A stretch of DNA of 63,595 bases, filler included, from Sphacelaria rigidula (GCA_964200075.2; 11 parts of 11 records of this genome joined end to end with filler, not necessarily neighbours in it), one strand, 5' to 3'; shown: positions 25,179 to 38,149, counted from the first letter of the whole stretch. Notes: generated by a model from the letters alone, not told the origin. Numbers and translations: made by a program.

Positions 25179-27038
25179 CTGCTCTAGTGTAGCCCCGACA
25201 AACGCGCGCACGTGACTCTATATATATCTCGCTCTGGATGTGCAGCAGTAGTGTCGGACACTGACTGTTGTCGCCGTTTGCGGTGACTGACTTTTGTCAT
25301 TGATTTTGCTGAGTTCGTGGTGAATTGAGGCTGCCGTGCTGGATGTTTTAATGAAGATTTGTTGACATGAGTTTTTGCTCATGATTCATGAGTCATACAT
25401 AGCTCGGATCGAGATCATCGTAACCCTTTGGGAACCCTCCCCTCCCGTCCACGGTCCAAATGCCTCATTATTTCAAGCGCTGACGAAGAAGGGAAGATGG
25501 GAAAAGAAAATACCAACAATACCCATTTTTACGGCGGAAGGCTACAGAAGAATCCACCGACATACGTCACGCTCGCACCAAAATCGTCGCCAGGGCGCGG
25601 TCGGATTAGTTTGATCGAATGAGGGGACGCAACGGGTCAAGTATGTTCAACTTTGTGCACACAGCAAGAGACAGCACCGCGGCCTCTGAATTTTAGACAA
25701 CAAAAATCAGCACTACCTGTATACTTTCTATATATTTAGTCCCGTGTGGCACTGCGGCACACACTCACATTTATATAATTGACGTACCCCACCAGAGTGT
25801 TGTTGTGCTGCCGTCCGGAGGTCGTACCCGGCCAACACTTGGCAAGCGTGCCGAGCCCCATAACAGAAACAAAGTAGTATCGCCGAGCACACAGAAATCC
25901 CCCCACCACACGTGGAAGGATCGAGGTGCGACTCAGTATTTACGCGATTTACCGCCAGTCCGAAGCTGCAAACAATCAACCATATGTTGTTGAAGAAACA
26001 GCACCTCGAAATTAGCCCGTTTCCGTTGCCAGTACCAAAAGGGTTAAGTGAGGTGTTGTTGTGTGTTTGTGTGCGTGTGTGTTTTGTTTTGTTTTTTTCC
26101 ATTGCCCCGCGTGGGAAGGAACAAGGTGGAAGAACCGATAGAGGAGAGGAGAAGTAAAACTAGTGTACCCTGTCCTGTACAGGGTTTTTGTTCTGGTAAG
26201 AGGTTTCTGTTTTTTTTTTTTTTTCGTTTCAGTGATAGTGGTTTGTATGTACCACATGAAAACATAGCGCCCTTGGGAACAAGAAAAGCAATGGCTAGCC
26301 CGGACTCCCCCTCCTCCCCCTCGACTCCCGATGTTTGGTGTCATGGAAGGGTGATGTTTCCCACACGCGAGACAATTGGCACCAGGTAATGGTCAGTTTT
26401 TCCCCCTTCATATGTTTTGTGCATCCCTTTTTAACTCTTCCCGAACCCATTGACTATTTTTGTTTTTGTGAAACGGCATATCATTTTCAGTCATTTCCAA
26501 GTAAAAATGATGCCGATTCTCGCAAACAAGAAGCGTCTATGGGTTCGAAAAGGGTTTTGAGATGGTTCGTGTTGTTGAGGAATGGTCCATTTTTTCGTCG
26601 GGGAACGGTTGACTCGTTTGTCGAGGAATGGTCCATCTCGTGGAGAAAACGTTACGTTACGTTCAGGAATGGTCCGTATGTCCAAGAAAAGGCTCATTTG
26701 TGGAGGATGGTTGTTTGGTGGAAGAATCGTCCATTCGTCGACGGATGTTGAAATAAATCTGTTTCGTTTGTCGAAAATGGCACCATTTCGTTGAAGCTGA
26801 CTGATACACCTTTTGCTGAGAAATCGCTCATCTGTCGAGGACTGGTCCATTTTTTGCTGAGAGATGCGCGTTCCCTGAGAATCACAACAAGTTCGTATTT
26901 TTTTTTGGGGGGGGGCTGTGCATGATCTCTGATTTCCGTGATGCTCGACGTCGAAGTCATTATTTTTATTTTTTGATCCCATGCACAAAATGAAGATCTA
27001 AAATGTAGCACGGTGCTTGCTGGGTGGGGGGTCAACAG

Positions 27039-27140
27039 GTGATGTCAGATTTGCTGACGAATCTTCTCAAGGAGGACATGAACGAGGAGTTGTACATGGC
27101 CAAGCAGGCAGGATTGGGACTGGATATTTTCATCTCGAAG
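27039..27140 (+). CDS. Exon of an M16A metallopeptidase (insulysin/nardilysin-like), middle domain: VMSDLLTNLLKEDMNEELYMAKQAGLGLDIFISK
   Basis: cag acceptor, AAG|gtttgt donor, 102 bp, phase 0. Matches the M16A pattern L...LL.D.LNE..Y.A..AGL. Confidence 0.8.
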
Positions 27141-27616
27141 GTTTGTTTGAGTCATGGTGTAGCTAGCGGAACAGAGGTCGTTTATGGAGAACATGTGTGC
27201 CTGCGATCACGTACGTGCGCATGTGTGCATGTGTACATGTATACATGTATATAACGTGCTTTTGTGTCTTTCGGATACATGCACTGCGGAGCATAGGTAT
27301 TCATATATTGAGATATACAAATTCTTCCGTGAATATCCTTTTATCCATCTTCTTATAATGGCACAAACGGAAGCCGGTAACACGGAAAAAAGAACGTACT
27401 TTGTTTCGCCGAATTTCATTGTCTGTGCGTGCGTGCTTTTTATTTTGGTTGATGCTGGTGAGTTTTCTTCATTCTTTTTCCCCTTCATTTCATTAAGCCG
27501 CTAATGTGATCTGCATAGGCGGAGTGTGTGTGTGGTATGTGTCGGGTACTCTCTTTCTTTCTCTGACCTGTTCCCCCGATGACGTGTGTTTGTTGTTATT
27601 CCTTGCTTTTTTGTAG

Positions 27617-27766
27617 GAGGCGCTAAACCTAAACTTGGGAGGCTACAGCCACAAGATAAAGGTGCTTCTAGAGCGTGTGGTGAAGCACATGAAGTCATTC
27701 GCTGCTTCTTTGGAACATGACGATAGCGGGGACGAAGGCACTGCCGTGGAGGAGGCTACCATGCAG
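27617..27766 (+). CDS. Next exon of the M16A peptidase: EALNLNLGGYSHKIKVLLERVVKHMKSFAASLEHDDSGDEGTAVEEATMQ
   Basis: tttttgtag acceptor, CAG|gtttgt donor, 150 bp, phase 0. L.L...GY..K...LL continues the M16A motif from the previous exon. Confidence 0.8.
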
Positions 27767-28171
27767 GTTTGTTTTTTTCAAGAAGTAACATTGCAGGAAA
27801 ACACGAGAAACAATGCAAAAAAAAAGTAAAATAAAACGAACGTTTTTATTTATTTATTTAATACCTTCGAACTTGGGTTGCGAAAAGGAGATTAGTGTGT
27901 GCTTCCAAGAGACGTATCCTCCCGCGACTGTTGGTTGCAATTTTGAGCCTATCAGATGATGTATTTTAGTAACGGTACCATGCCCCGTTCGTTCTACCCC
28001 CGTTTTTTTTTTTCGTTTTCTTTCTTGTCCTCTTCCCTTGTCGAGAGTACTTTAGCGAGTGCGTCCGTTTTGTTTACCTTGGGCATGTTTACCTTGTGGA
28101 TAATGACCATACCACGGCTGAACCTCTCGGATATTAGTTGACGTGGCGACAATCTAGCCATTAATCAATCA

Positions 28172-28222
28172 CATTCCATTCCATTCCATTCCATTCCATT
28201 CCATTCCATTCCATTCCATTCC
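28172..28222. repeat. (CCATT)n pentamer microsatellite
   Basis: About 10 perfect units. Confidence 0.95.
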
Positions 28223-28699
28223 ATCACATCAGTCACTCAGCCAATCATTCCCCGAGGGACGTTTTTTTCTTCGGGCAATGTTGTTGATGCGGTAAGGAGC
28301 ACGGAAATCGGTCATGTCTTGGTGATGGCAGGGTTTGTCTTACATTGACATCTGCCTTCCAAGTAAGGTGATAGATACCCCTGGTGACTTGTTGTATTCA
28401 GTCATCCGCCCACCGACCTATTCAACCACCCATCCGTCCACACCACCCTACCCCGACCAATCCCATCGCACCCCGTCCCCACCCCAGCTCATCCACCCGC
28501 TTGTTTCTCGTCCACAACGCGCGCGCGTTTCTGCCTCATCAGTCGGTTTGTTTTGCTTTGTGCTTGTAATGTGTACGATCGATCATGAGCATTGGACTCT
28601 GTTGTTTCACGCCGTTCCGTCCATCTTCCCGTCCGCTTACCCGTTTCTGTATTGTTCCCTTTTCGTAGATTTTTTGTTTTTTGTCCCCGCCCCTCCTCT

Positions 28700-28855
28700 T
28701 CTGGTCCGGCGAAAACCTGGCGTGCTCCGTCCCGGCTCTGTAGGGATGCGAGATCAATGTCCGGATGAGTATGGCATGCAAGATCATGAGTTCACCCCCT
28801 CCCCCCTCACGGTGCTCCGTCTCGAAAGGGATGCGTGGTCAGTGGTCAAACGACT
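28700..28855 (-). mobile_element. Short interspersed repeat family C (GGGGGTGTACTCATGATCATGC...CTACAAAGCCGGGACGGAGCACGCC...GGACCAG)
   Basis: Copies at 36138-36237, 52401-52505, 57730-57805 and 57906-58009 (+), 34218-34335 and 31375-31445 (-). A related GTACTCAT-ended variant occurs at 28810-28855, 33185-33260 and 40360-40435. Confidence 0.8.
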
Positions 28856-29403
28856 NNNNNNNNNNNNNNNNNNNNNNNNNNNNNNNNNNNNNNNNNNNNT
28901 TAATTAATTAANNNNNNNNNNNNNNNNNNNNNNNNNNNNNNNNNNNNNNNNNNNNATAAATATCGCCTCGCTGTGATTGGGTAGGTCGCTCGAAGACTTA
29001 TTTTTTATTATTCCACTAACACGGGGTCAACCCTGTGTTAGTGGGGGTCCGGTCCCCAAAGGATTAAACTCGAAGTTCCGGTATTCCCACTGTAAACTAC
29101 TGTTATGGGCGCGCTTGACCCCCCAAAATGGGCAAAAAAAGTGTCACCGACCAATATCTCGAACAGACACGAATAGATCGACTTCGGGGGCTTATCCAGG
29201 CTCGTGGGATAAAATATGCCTTATGTCATCGGAAGAGAACGGCATGGATACAAAATCCATATCGAGAAAAAGTGGACTGGATTCTAAAATCAGAACCCTA
29301 CCGTCATTTCCGTTCTTGTTCTTCATACGTCGTATATTACATGCCACTGCGTCGTGTTTCGTCCGCGCTTGCGATACCCTGGCATGCAAGGAGGCTAGTT
29401 GGG

Positions 29404-30508
29404 TTAACCCAACCCAATGCACACCGAGAACACTCGGGCAAGGGCGGTACAGACATTCCCCGAATGAAGTGAGGCCTTGGTAGACCCCAAATCGGCGCCT
29501 GTGGCGCCGATTTCAACGAAAACGCGTTCTGCGCACCCGAGGAGCACACAGGACCGTCCGCCGTAGTCAAATTCTGATTCTCGCTGTATACACTCAAATC
29601 AAGTAATATCAACCATGAACATTTGTAGCCCAACGCCGGTACTGAAACCAAGCTCGACCATTTTTTGGGGGGGATGCGGATCGAAATTGGGCCAACATAC
29701 ACGATATGCCAACATGCGACAGAGCCATATGTACTCGTGAACTTCAACAAAGACGGCCCTTACACAGACGAGTGGAGTACAGATAGTCACCGGGTGTGTC
29801 ATGTGGGCTGGGCGGGTGTTGGTCCACGACCTCGTCATGTTTTGAGGAGCTTGATTCATCGGCTGCCATCGTTCCACAGCTTTTGGCCGATGAATGACTT
29901 GCCTTGTGCAAGTGAATTTGTTGTTCCGTGGGCATGGCTTTTCATTTGATGAATATGATAACCCCCTGACCGCGATGGTTGGTCACATGCTGAACCGGCA
30001 TCATTTATCACTTGAAAAAAGTATGCATGGTCCAGATGGACGGCCATCGCGGTCTAGGGGCCGGATATATGTGTTGCAAGAGGGAATGAAAACAAACGAT
30101 CATCCGTCGCCCACCAGTACCGATACAACATATGCGTGTCTTGGGCCGGGTTAATCCACTGGAAGACATGACTGGGGCTTCGGTGCCATGTGGCTTCAGC
30201 GAAAGTGGGCCGACGACTTTACGCTGTCTTTTGTGCCATCTTGACGCAGTATATTTTGCCATCCGGGAGGGTAAGTTGGTCAATCTTGATCTTAGTGGGG
30301 AAACCGAAATCCGGATTTTTCATGGGGCTGTGCTCCAGGCATGCTCCTGGCGTGCCCAGAACGCGTTTTTGTCTAAATTGTCGCCTGAGGCACCGATTTG
30401 AGGTCTGGCAACGCACCCTTCGCCTAGGGAAGACATGGCACTCCCCTTGCGCGAGGTTTCTCACTATGCCTTCGTTGTGGTTGGGGTTAGGGTTAGGATT
30501 AGGGTTAT
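29404..30508. mobile_element. About 1.1-kb foldback element with about 200-bp inverted arms ending in telomere-like repeats
   Basis: CAAATCGGCGCCT / AGGCACCGATTTG and AAAACGCGTTCTG / CAGAACGCGTTTT pair. The ends are TAACCCAACCC and GGGTTAGGGTTAGGATTAGGGTTA. Confidence 0.7.
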
Positions 30509-32099
30509 AATTTGTTCCATTCGCTCCTGCGAGATCGCAAAGATGATTCTTACTTCTGGGGGTTCGGTCGAAGGTTCAAATTCTCCACCTCTCACACATT
30601 CCACATATCCGATGTATCAACCATCCGCACTATCAAGGATCATTCACGGGTGCCATCTATCCTGAGGCCGTTGGACAGGAGTGAGGTTTTGGCTAGGGCT
30701 GGAGGCGCTTGTGTGGGCTGATAGCCCAATTTGTTTTAGAAAATAATCCTAACCAAGGCCATCGATCGGGAAACGAATTTTTGCATCACCTGCCCCAAAA
30801 CCACAGCTACGACTTTGGTGCTTGGAATTTTTTAACTCACCAGGATCCGAGTTTTATAACGAATTAAGTGAAAAAAAATACAGATTTTTTGCGATTTTCT
30901 CGATCACTATAACTTCTACCGCCAAACTGAGCACCAACATCGTAGCTTACACAAATACACGCCGGTGAGTAGCCGAGCCACGCCGTGGTTCGTACTCTGG
31001 GACGAGAAAACTTCGAAACCGTGAAATGGAAACTCCACTCAAATCGGAAATGCTTTGGGTGATTTTACGGCGTGCATATTCAGGGAATGAACAAGATCTG
31101 CGGTCTGTTCGTGCTTTTGGTCGGTGACATTTTTTGGCTCATCTTGAGGGGTCAGGCGCGCCCATAACTGTTTAATCTGCCGAGAGCCTCGAATTTGAGA
31201 TACCTCTGTGTTGTGTACGAGCTTGTCAGTTGTCAGGATATGTACTATTTTGCGGCTGTCAGCTGCAAAAATAGCGAATGACTGCTAGCTACCCGCGGGA
31301 GAAACATACGTCTGTGGCTCTCAGTTGTCCACGGAAAAACATGTATCTGCGGCTCTCAGCCACCTACAACACCCCCCCACCCCCTCCTCACAATGGTCTT
31401 ATGACTATGGCATGCATGATCATGAGTACATCCCCCCCTCCCAACCCCCTGTCTCCACCGCAAAACAAAAAAGCAAGGCAACCGTTTGCGTCAGAAAAAT
31501 ACAGTAAAAACACTACTAAAAAAAAAGGACGCATTCAATTTTCAAGGAAAGCTGGTCGGCCGACCGCTGGTATAAAGGGTGGTGGCTCCACAAGGTTAGG
31601 CAGGGCAAGGGAGCAGTTGTGGGACCTCGCAGGGATCTAGGGACGATGATTGTGTCGTCTTGCCACGCCAACCGGTTGCGGCAATAACCCGCGTATCGGA
31701 GGCCAAGACGGCAATCGCCAAGTTCGCAGTCCCGCAGGGACGTCGGCTCTGCAAGGTCCCGCCAACCTCGAGGGCCGTGCTCTACTAGTATGGCATACGC
31801 TTTGAAAAAGACCCAGACGCGAGGTGTGTCGGGGCTCATGCAGATTGAGAAATGCTTGAAAAAAAGCCGCAGAAGTTCGCGTGCATGGCTGCGGAGTGCT
31901 GTCGAATAAGTTTGCATAAGTTGGTGGGAAATTATTCGGCGACAGAAGAGGCGACGCGGTAGATATCACTTTTGATACCTATCCGGCCACCGGTGCGGTG
32001 CCGCTCATATGTAATACATACTGGGCGAACTGTACGGCTACAGCAAACGCGGGTCGACATGTGCCTCTTGGTACCTCTCTGGTCACCGGTGGTGGTGCT

Positions 32100-33170
32100 T
32101 ATTTCCTGGACAATACAATGTGTTCCAGTATGATACGAATATAGTGTATTATTGTATTAAAAACAGCTCCAAGTATTGCCCTCTCAATACATATATATAT
32201 ATATATATTGTGGTGAGATGTCCTCGGAGACATTGGAGCAAGAATACATATTTCTCGTGTCATGATCGTGAAGTAATGCATGTCATCGTATATTGGACAT
32301 GCGTTTGCTCCGGAAACAAACCGTTGAATATGTATTGTTCATGCCGGCCGTGTGTGTATGTATCGAAGTGTCAATATATATATATATATATTGCGTCAAA
32401 GCGATGCGTAACATATCGTTGCCATAATATATATTGAACATAAACTATGCAAAAGTATTGTTTTTCCAATATGTATTGCGCACGCGCATCGCATAGCTGT
32501 TGTGCAGCCAAAATATATTGGACATGCTTGCAGGGGAATATATTGGACATGCTTGCGGGGGAATTGTGGTGATACGTCTTTCAAAGGCGCCCGTGAACAG
32601 GAAAGTGTCCACCACACTAATTCGTGTACAATTTCCAATATACATATTGAATCAATGATATATATATATATATATTGTGACAGTTGATTCCTTCGTGTAT
32701 TGTTCGACCAATATATACATTGAATGTAGGGGCACACGACGTGTTGGGGCGGCAATATATATATTGGCGCTTCGGGTGTTGAGTATATTGAATCGTCAAT
32801 ATATGTTGACCTCGTGTAGCAGCGAATATATTACTCGACATATATATATACATATATTGGCGCCTTACCGCACCAACATATGACTCGGCCAATATATATA
32901 TATATATATATTGAGATGGCGTGTGTCGTGATATACTGTTCGGTCGATATAGGCGACACAAACGATGTTGATCTGTCTCTCGCGCCATCAGTTTGATTGA
33001 TCGATTGATTGATTGATTGATTGACTGTCGCACCTCAACTGACCCCCAAGGGATCCAGCCGTTGTCACATTTTCTCGGCCAATATATATTGAATACGCGA
33101 CGTGTCGACATATTGAGCGGACAATATACATTGCATGTTGTATTGTCCAGGATGTGCAACATAGTCATGA
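32100..33170. repeat. Degenerate array of CAATATAT..ATATTG palindromic motifs
   Basis: Dozens of ATATTG/CAATAT motifs with (TA)n cores and recurring ATATTGGACATGC and GTGTCG motifs. Confidence 0.75.
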
Positions 33171-33374
33171 TCCAGGGGTGGGGAGGGGGGGGGGGGTACT
33201 CATGTGTTACTTGCCTTGGTCGTCATTGACCACGCATCCCTTTCGAGACGGAGCAATCTTGATGACCCCGGGGGAGAGATTTGGCAAGGTTGACCCCTTG
33301 TGCCTGCTGCTGCTGTACCACCTCGTCCTCTGAGGAATGGGATGAGTTCAAAGCACGACAAGAAACAACAACTA

Positions 33375-33923
33375 CAGTAGTGGGCGGTCTAACTATTCAT
33401 TTTGTGGCATTGTGCATTTTTTTCGTAACTGCGATTTTTCTTGGGCTCTTTTCGCTTGCCACCGCTCATCACATTGGGGATCTAAAGATATTTATATCCG
33501 ATCCACATTCCAAGAAAGAAAAAGATCTGTGATCAAAATTCAATGACTCGCGGGCTGACCGGTCATCGAGGGCCTTGCCACGTTTCAGCCCAGATTCTTA
33601 CTCTTCGGTATATCGGTCAATCGAACCTGTCCCGATTGTAGTTGTGAAGAAATGTACAGTCTTATTTTTCTGAAATTCTACCTACGCATTGCACTAAGGC
33701 CGAAAAACTGTGTGTTCACGGTCAATAACACCCTCCTGATAAACGAGGTATTTACTCGTATCGCCCGATACTACCAACGAACACTGACTTGGGCACTGTT
33801 TTCCAAGAATGATCTGTTTATTGTTCCAAAATCTACCGACGCTAGCAATTTCGAGTTCTATCGAAGAGTAGTCCGCGAGGAACACCCCAAAACACCCCTG
33901 AATTGTTAGACCGCCCACTACTG
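33375..33923. mobile_element. 549-bp non-autonomous Tc1/mariner-like element
   Basis: TIR CAGTAGTGGGCGGTCTAAC.ATTCA / TGAAT.GTTAGACCGCCCACTACTG. TA precedes the left end; the right flank is CA. Confidence 0.75.
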
Positions 33924-35119
33924 CAACAAGAAGACGCGACAAAAAATCGCGGGCTACCTCAACCCAGATGGTTATCGGGCCAGAGAACACATGCGGGTGG
34001 CGTGGGCGCTTTGGGGATATAGCAGAATCACTGTCTTCCAAGTTCGTCATCAGAGTAAAATGTTCCTCCGCTTCGGCTCTCTGAAATCCGATGGTTGGAA
34101 CACGGTTGGGCTTTTGGCGTGAGATCATCATATTTTTTGGATCTTCACAGGAGGAATGAAAGTTTCAAGTGCTCTCGCCCGGGGTGGGCGGTACGCGTTT
34201 ACTGATACTCTTACTGTACCCCCCTTGCCAGCCTGGTCCGGCGAGAACCCGGCGTGTTCCGTCCCAGCTTTGTAGGGGCGGACCCCCGATGGGTTTGGCG
34301 CCGGTTGGCAACGATGCTATAGAACACGCCACTCACTGCACAAGCTAGGCAACAAGGTTACCGACTTTCTTTCTGCTCGCTTGCGGTTTTTTTTGCGGTA
34401 ACCATGATGGTAGTCGAGCTAGATCATGTTGTGCAGCGTGAGAGAACCTGAACTCCGCACAGTGGATATGGTCGTACCACGTCGTGTTTAAATGGTGAGA
34501 CACCCATGAGGCAGTGTATAAGACGGGGCTGTCTCTGGGAGTGTCGATACCAGAAAATGAAGCAACTCATCGTCGGCTGTCATCCAAATGCAAGACAATC
34601 AGTAGGTTTGGGGCCGAACAATCTTGGCAGGGTGCAGCTCACCCTNNNNNNNNNNNNNNNNNNNNNNNNNNNNNNNNNNNNNNNNNNNNTTAATTAATTA
34701 ANNNNNNNNNNNNNNNNNNNNNNNNNNNNNNNNNNNNNNNNNNNNTTTCGATTTACGTGAAGATTTTGCCTCCCAAAACCATGCGCTTTTTGGGGGGGGG
34801 CTATCGTAGAAAGTGTCCCCTATCGTAGGATGACTCTGAAGTTCTTCCACTCTGACTCGAAAGCGAGAAAACAATTTCCGAAACTCTTTGGCGTTGATAC
34901 TGCAGCATTTCCTTGCAAGGAATTGTCAGTAGAAATTATGTGATGGTTCGCTGTCGGTTTGATGACCGACCGTGGGGTCGTCGGGGCACAATGCAATTAT
35001 AGTGGTATCATAGTAGTGCCGCGGTACCTTCATTAGGGCACCATTACTTTACCACCTTTCGAGCTGGTCCAGCCTAGACGCCGATTTGTGGTTGCAGGTC
35101 AGCATCTCCTCAACTCTAG

Positions 35120-35362
35120 GAGTTGGACTTTGAAATTCGATACGGAAAATAAATAGGGCATGACAGAAGGTAAAACCGAGACCATGACTTTCTATTTTTT
35201 TTGTTAACGTTATCTTGCTGAAAACTGGATATTGAATGTTGCCTTCAACTCGTGAAAAACAAACCTCAGCATCCCGATATGTGTATCGGGATGCTGAGGT
35301 TTGTTTCTTATTTTATGCCCTATTCTTTCTTTGTACCAGATAAATTCAAACACCAACTCTCC
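35120..35362. mobile_element. Foldback element with a perfect internal 23-bp hairpin (35257-35306)
   Basis: AAACAAACCTCAGCATCCCGATA-tgtg-TATCGGGATGCTGAGGTTTGTTT, with outer arms GAGTTGG..AATAGGGCAT / ATGCCCTATT..CCAACTC. Confidence 0.7.
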
Positions 35363-36776
35363 ATATTGAGGTGAGGCGGGGCGATTCAGGAATAGGGTCG
35401 GTCAAAATTCGGGAATTGTCTTGGCAGGCTACTTACAGGCCCAGGTTTGGTACTTGTGTTTTGAAACTTTTTGTGGAACCTCGCTATGACATAATGACCA
35501 AAACAAATGGAACAGGTCGATCATTTCACCTTCTTCATGAGTTGAAGGCGATTTACTATAGTAGAGACCATTTTTTTTATAAAAACGCCTCTGCTCGTAG
35601 TATAATGATTATAGTATGGAATCTCACGTACGCCATATCTCGAGATAAATGATGAATCAGGTAAAGGTGGGGGTATCGATCAGGTCTCTGTGCTCCAGAT
35701 AATTTCCACACCAAGATTGTCATTATCCACTATAGGGTCTATACTCAAGTCCATATGGAGTCCCAAGCTCTAAATGTGACGCTTGGGATTCCATATAGAC
35801 TTGAGTAAAGACTCTATCTCCGTGCGGTATAGGGATTACCAGACATGAAGTTCCATCAGCGACAAAAAAAAGTGGCCAAGAATTTTGAGCAAATGAGCAT
35901 AAGACGATATGCGGATCACGGCTCAACTCGTTTTGTCGATGGAGTATTGCGTTGTTGAGAGCTTAGACCTGCTTCTAGGCTGGACCCGCTCGTACATTTA
36001 CGCAGTTGTCGTGATGTATTTATGAACACGCTATGAAAACAAGGCGTTATTCTACGCTATCGTGTTACGAATTACCAGTGCGACTAATAACGCCAATCTT
36101 TTTTATGAGTACTGCGGAGTCATCCTCCGATAGGGCAGGGGTGTACTCATGATCATGCATGCCTTAGTCATAGGACCATTGACCTCACATCCCTACAAAG
36201 CCGGGACCGAGCACGCCAGGGGTTCGCTGGACCAGGCTCGCACTCAATCACCAAGCGCGAAGCGCCGTGGTGTGTTCGGCGAGCCGCACGAAGGGTGAGC
36301 TGCATCCTGCTAAGATTGTCCCGCCCGAGGCCTACTAATGATCTTGGTTAGTATTTCATAAAAATTGTAGTACACTTCGAAGACACACACGAAGATAATA
36401 TATCCATCACCGTCAATGGGAACCTGCATGTCCCCAATTTTCATGGAGGATCGCCAAATACCAGGTTCAGTGCGAGATACATGAAACACGCACCTTCGGA
36501 AGCCAGCTGCACTGTGACGTTATTGAAGTTCACTCCTCTGGAGAAATACTGCACTTGTAAAACTGATGATTAGTGCCCGTTTCTTCGACAAATGCTTACT
36601 CGCTTCATGTTGATCATTGCTCCTCCGCACCTATGATGTAGGTTGTGCACGTTGTGATGGACAGCAACTGCCGAGTAGTACAGCACGTTATGGAAAGCGA
36701 CATACTCAATCTAAATAGTTAGAACTTGTTTCGGAAGACTACCAAATCGCGCACCCTAACAGCTGGCAGGCAATAG

Positions 36777-37122
36777 CAGGGGATTCTATAAAATGAGGTT
36801 GATCAATGAAATGAGGTTTGAGGAGGCTAGCCAGCATGCGACAAAAACCCGAGGGATTACCGTCCGCAAGTGCCTTCAATCATTTTCGGCGGGTGGGGCG
36901 TACTCAATTTTTGCTTGCCTTAGCCGTTTGACCATTGACCACGCCCCGTCTAGAAAGGTAAATAGTCAAACGACTGAAGCGAGTAATAAATGAGTACGCC
37001 CCACTCCCCCGAGAATGATCGAAGGCACTTGCGGACGGTACTTCTCTCGGGTTTTTGTCGCATACTGGCTAGGCTCCTCAAACATCATTTTATTGATCAA
37101 CCTCATTTTGTAGAATCCCCTG
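36777..37122. mobile_element. 346-bp foldback MITE, probably hAT-derived, with about 130-bp arms
   Basis: Termini CAGGGGATTCTA / TAGAATCCCCTG, and the arms pair through to GGGGCGTACTCA / TGAGTACGCCCC. The 8-bp flanks GGCAATAG / TTCAATAC resemble a decayed target-site duplication. Confidence 0.8.
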
Positions 37123-37683
37123 TTCAATACGATATGCATCGCTTCCCCTTGTTCCCCAAAAATGATTATTTAGTGTCCAGCACGCGTGCCTAACGGGCAT
37201 ATTCCAGATATACACAGGTCATCTCGAGCATCTAATGGTGTTCAGTGCCCATACGATGTTTTCACCCCCACATGGGACATCAGGCTTATCATGGAAACGG
37301 CGCTCGCTTTGACGGTGGAGACCAGGACTTTTAGGGAATTTTATTGTAGGGGTGCACTTTTTAGTCCAAACATTTTTTGAGGCCCAGATGTTTGTCATTG
37401 AGGGACCCCGAAACAGTGCAGAGCCCCAGAAATAGACTGTGCACCCCTACCGTAGGAGTGCTATTTACTCCCGTATTTTCGCATCTGAAGTATTGTTTTG
37501 CTCACAGTTACGTAAGTGATCTGAATCTGTTGGCATGGGACTTCAAGGGCCCGGATATATTACCGGCAAGCTTCCAAGTTTCGGAACCTTCTCGGCGTTG
37601 CCGCAAGATTGAGCGTCATATCCAATATCTTCATCACCCCTTACTTTCCGCCCGTGCGCACACCTTCCAACTTACGAGCACAG

Positions 37684-37785
37684 ATACAGTTGATGGAGTC
37701 CATTTCTCAACTTGGATGCTACAAGGACTCGAAGGGAACCCGTGTGCTGACTGACATGATCAGCAGCGACGACATGACCCCTACG
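37684..37785 (+). CDS. WSC-domain protein exon A: (IQ)LMESISQLGCYKDSKGTRVLTDMISSDDMTPT
   Basis: WSC N-terminal motif LGCY.D...RVL......MT, ACG|gtgaga donor. The exon starts at 37684 or 37690. Confidence 0.85.
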
Positions 37786-38149
37786 GTGAGAGATCGTGCA
37801 ATCAATTTGTATACTTGACTGATTGGTTTGATTTGATTGATTGTTTCGAATTAGGTGGGGCCCGAGGGACCCCGGCGTCGTCACACGATAGGCCGCCCAA
37901 GATACACAAAACGGAAACATTCGCTGAAGAAAAGTGAATAAAGCAGAAAGGTAGAACAATAAACAAAACAGAGTAGACTGCAGGAAAAAGGAAAAAATAA
38001 CGTGTCCAATTCACGTCCGCATCTATATTTTCTGGATGAAGGCGGGTCGACTCAAGCGCTTTCTGGACCGGAGGGGGATGGGATAGTGTCACAATACAGA
38101 TGACTGTTTTTTATAAGGCTTTTCACCGTCAGAAACATTATCATTTCAA

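Noticed and set aside
26268..26385. Extra upstream exon of the M16 peptidase (good CAG|gtaat donor at 26385)
   Set aside because: No single frame gives a convincing M16 match from a plausible acceptor. It remains possible but unsupported.
30480..30508. True chromosome telomere
   Set aside because: It is short, degenerate, internal to a contig and part of a repeated foldback arm.
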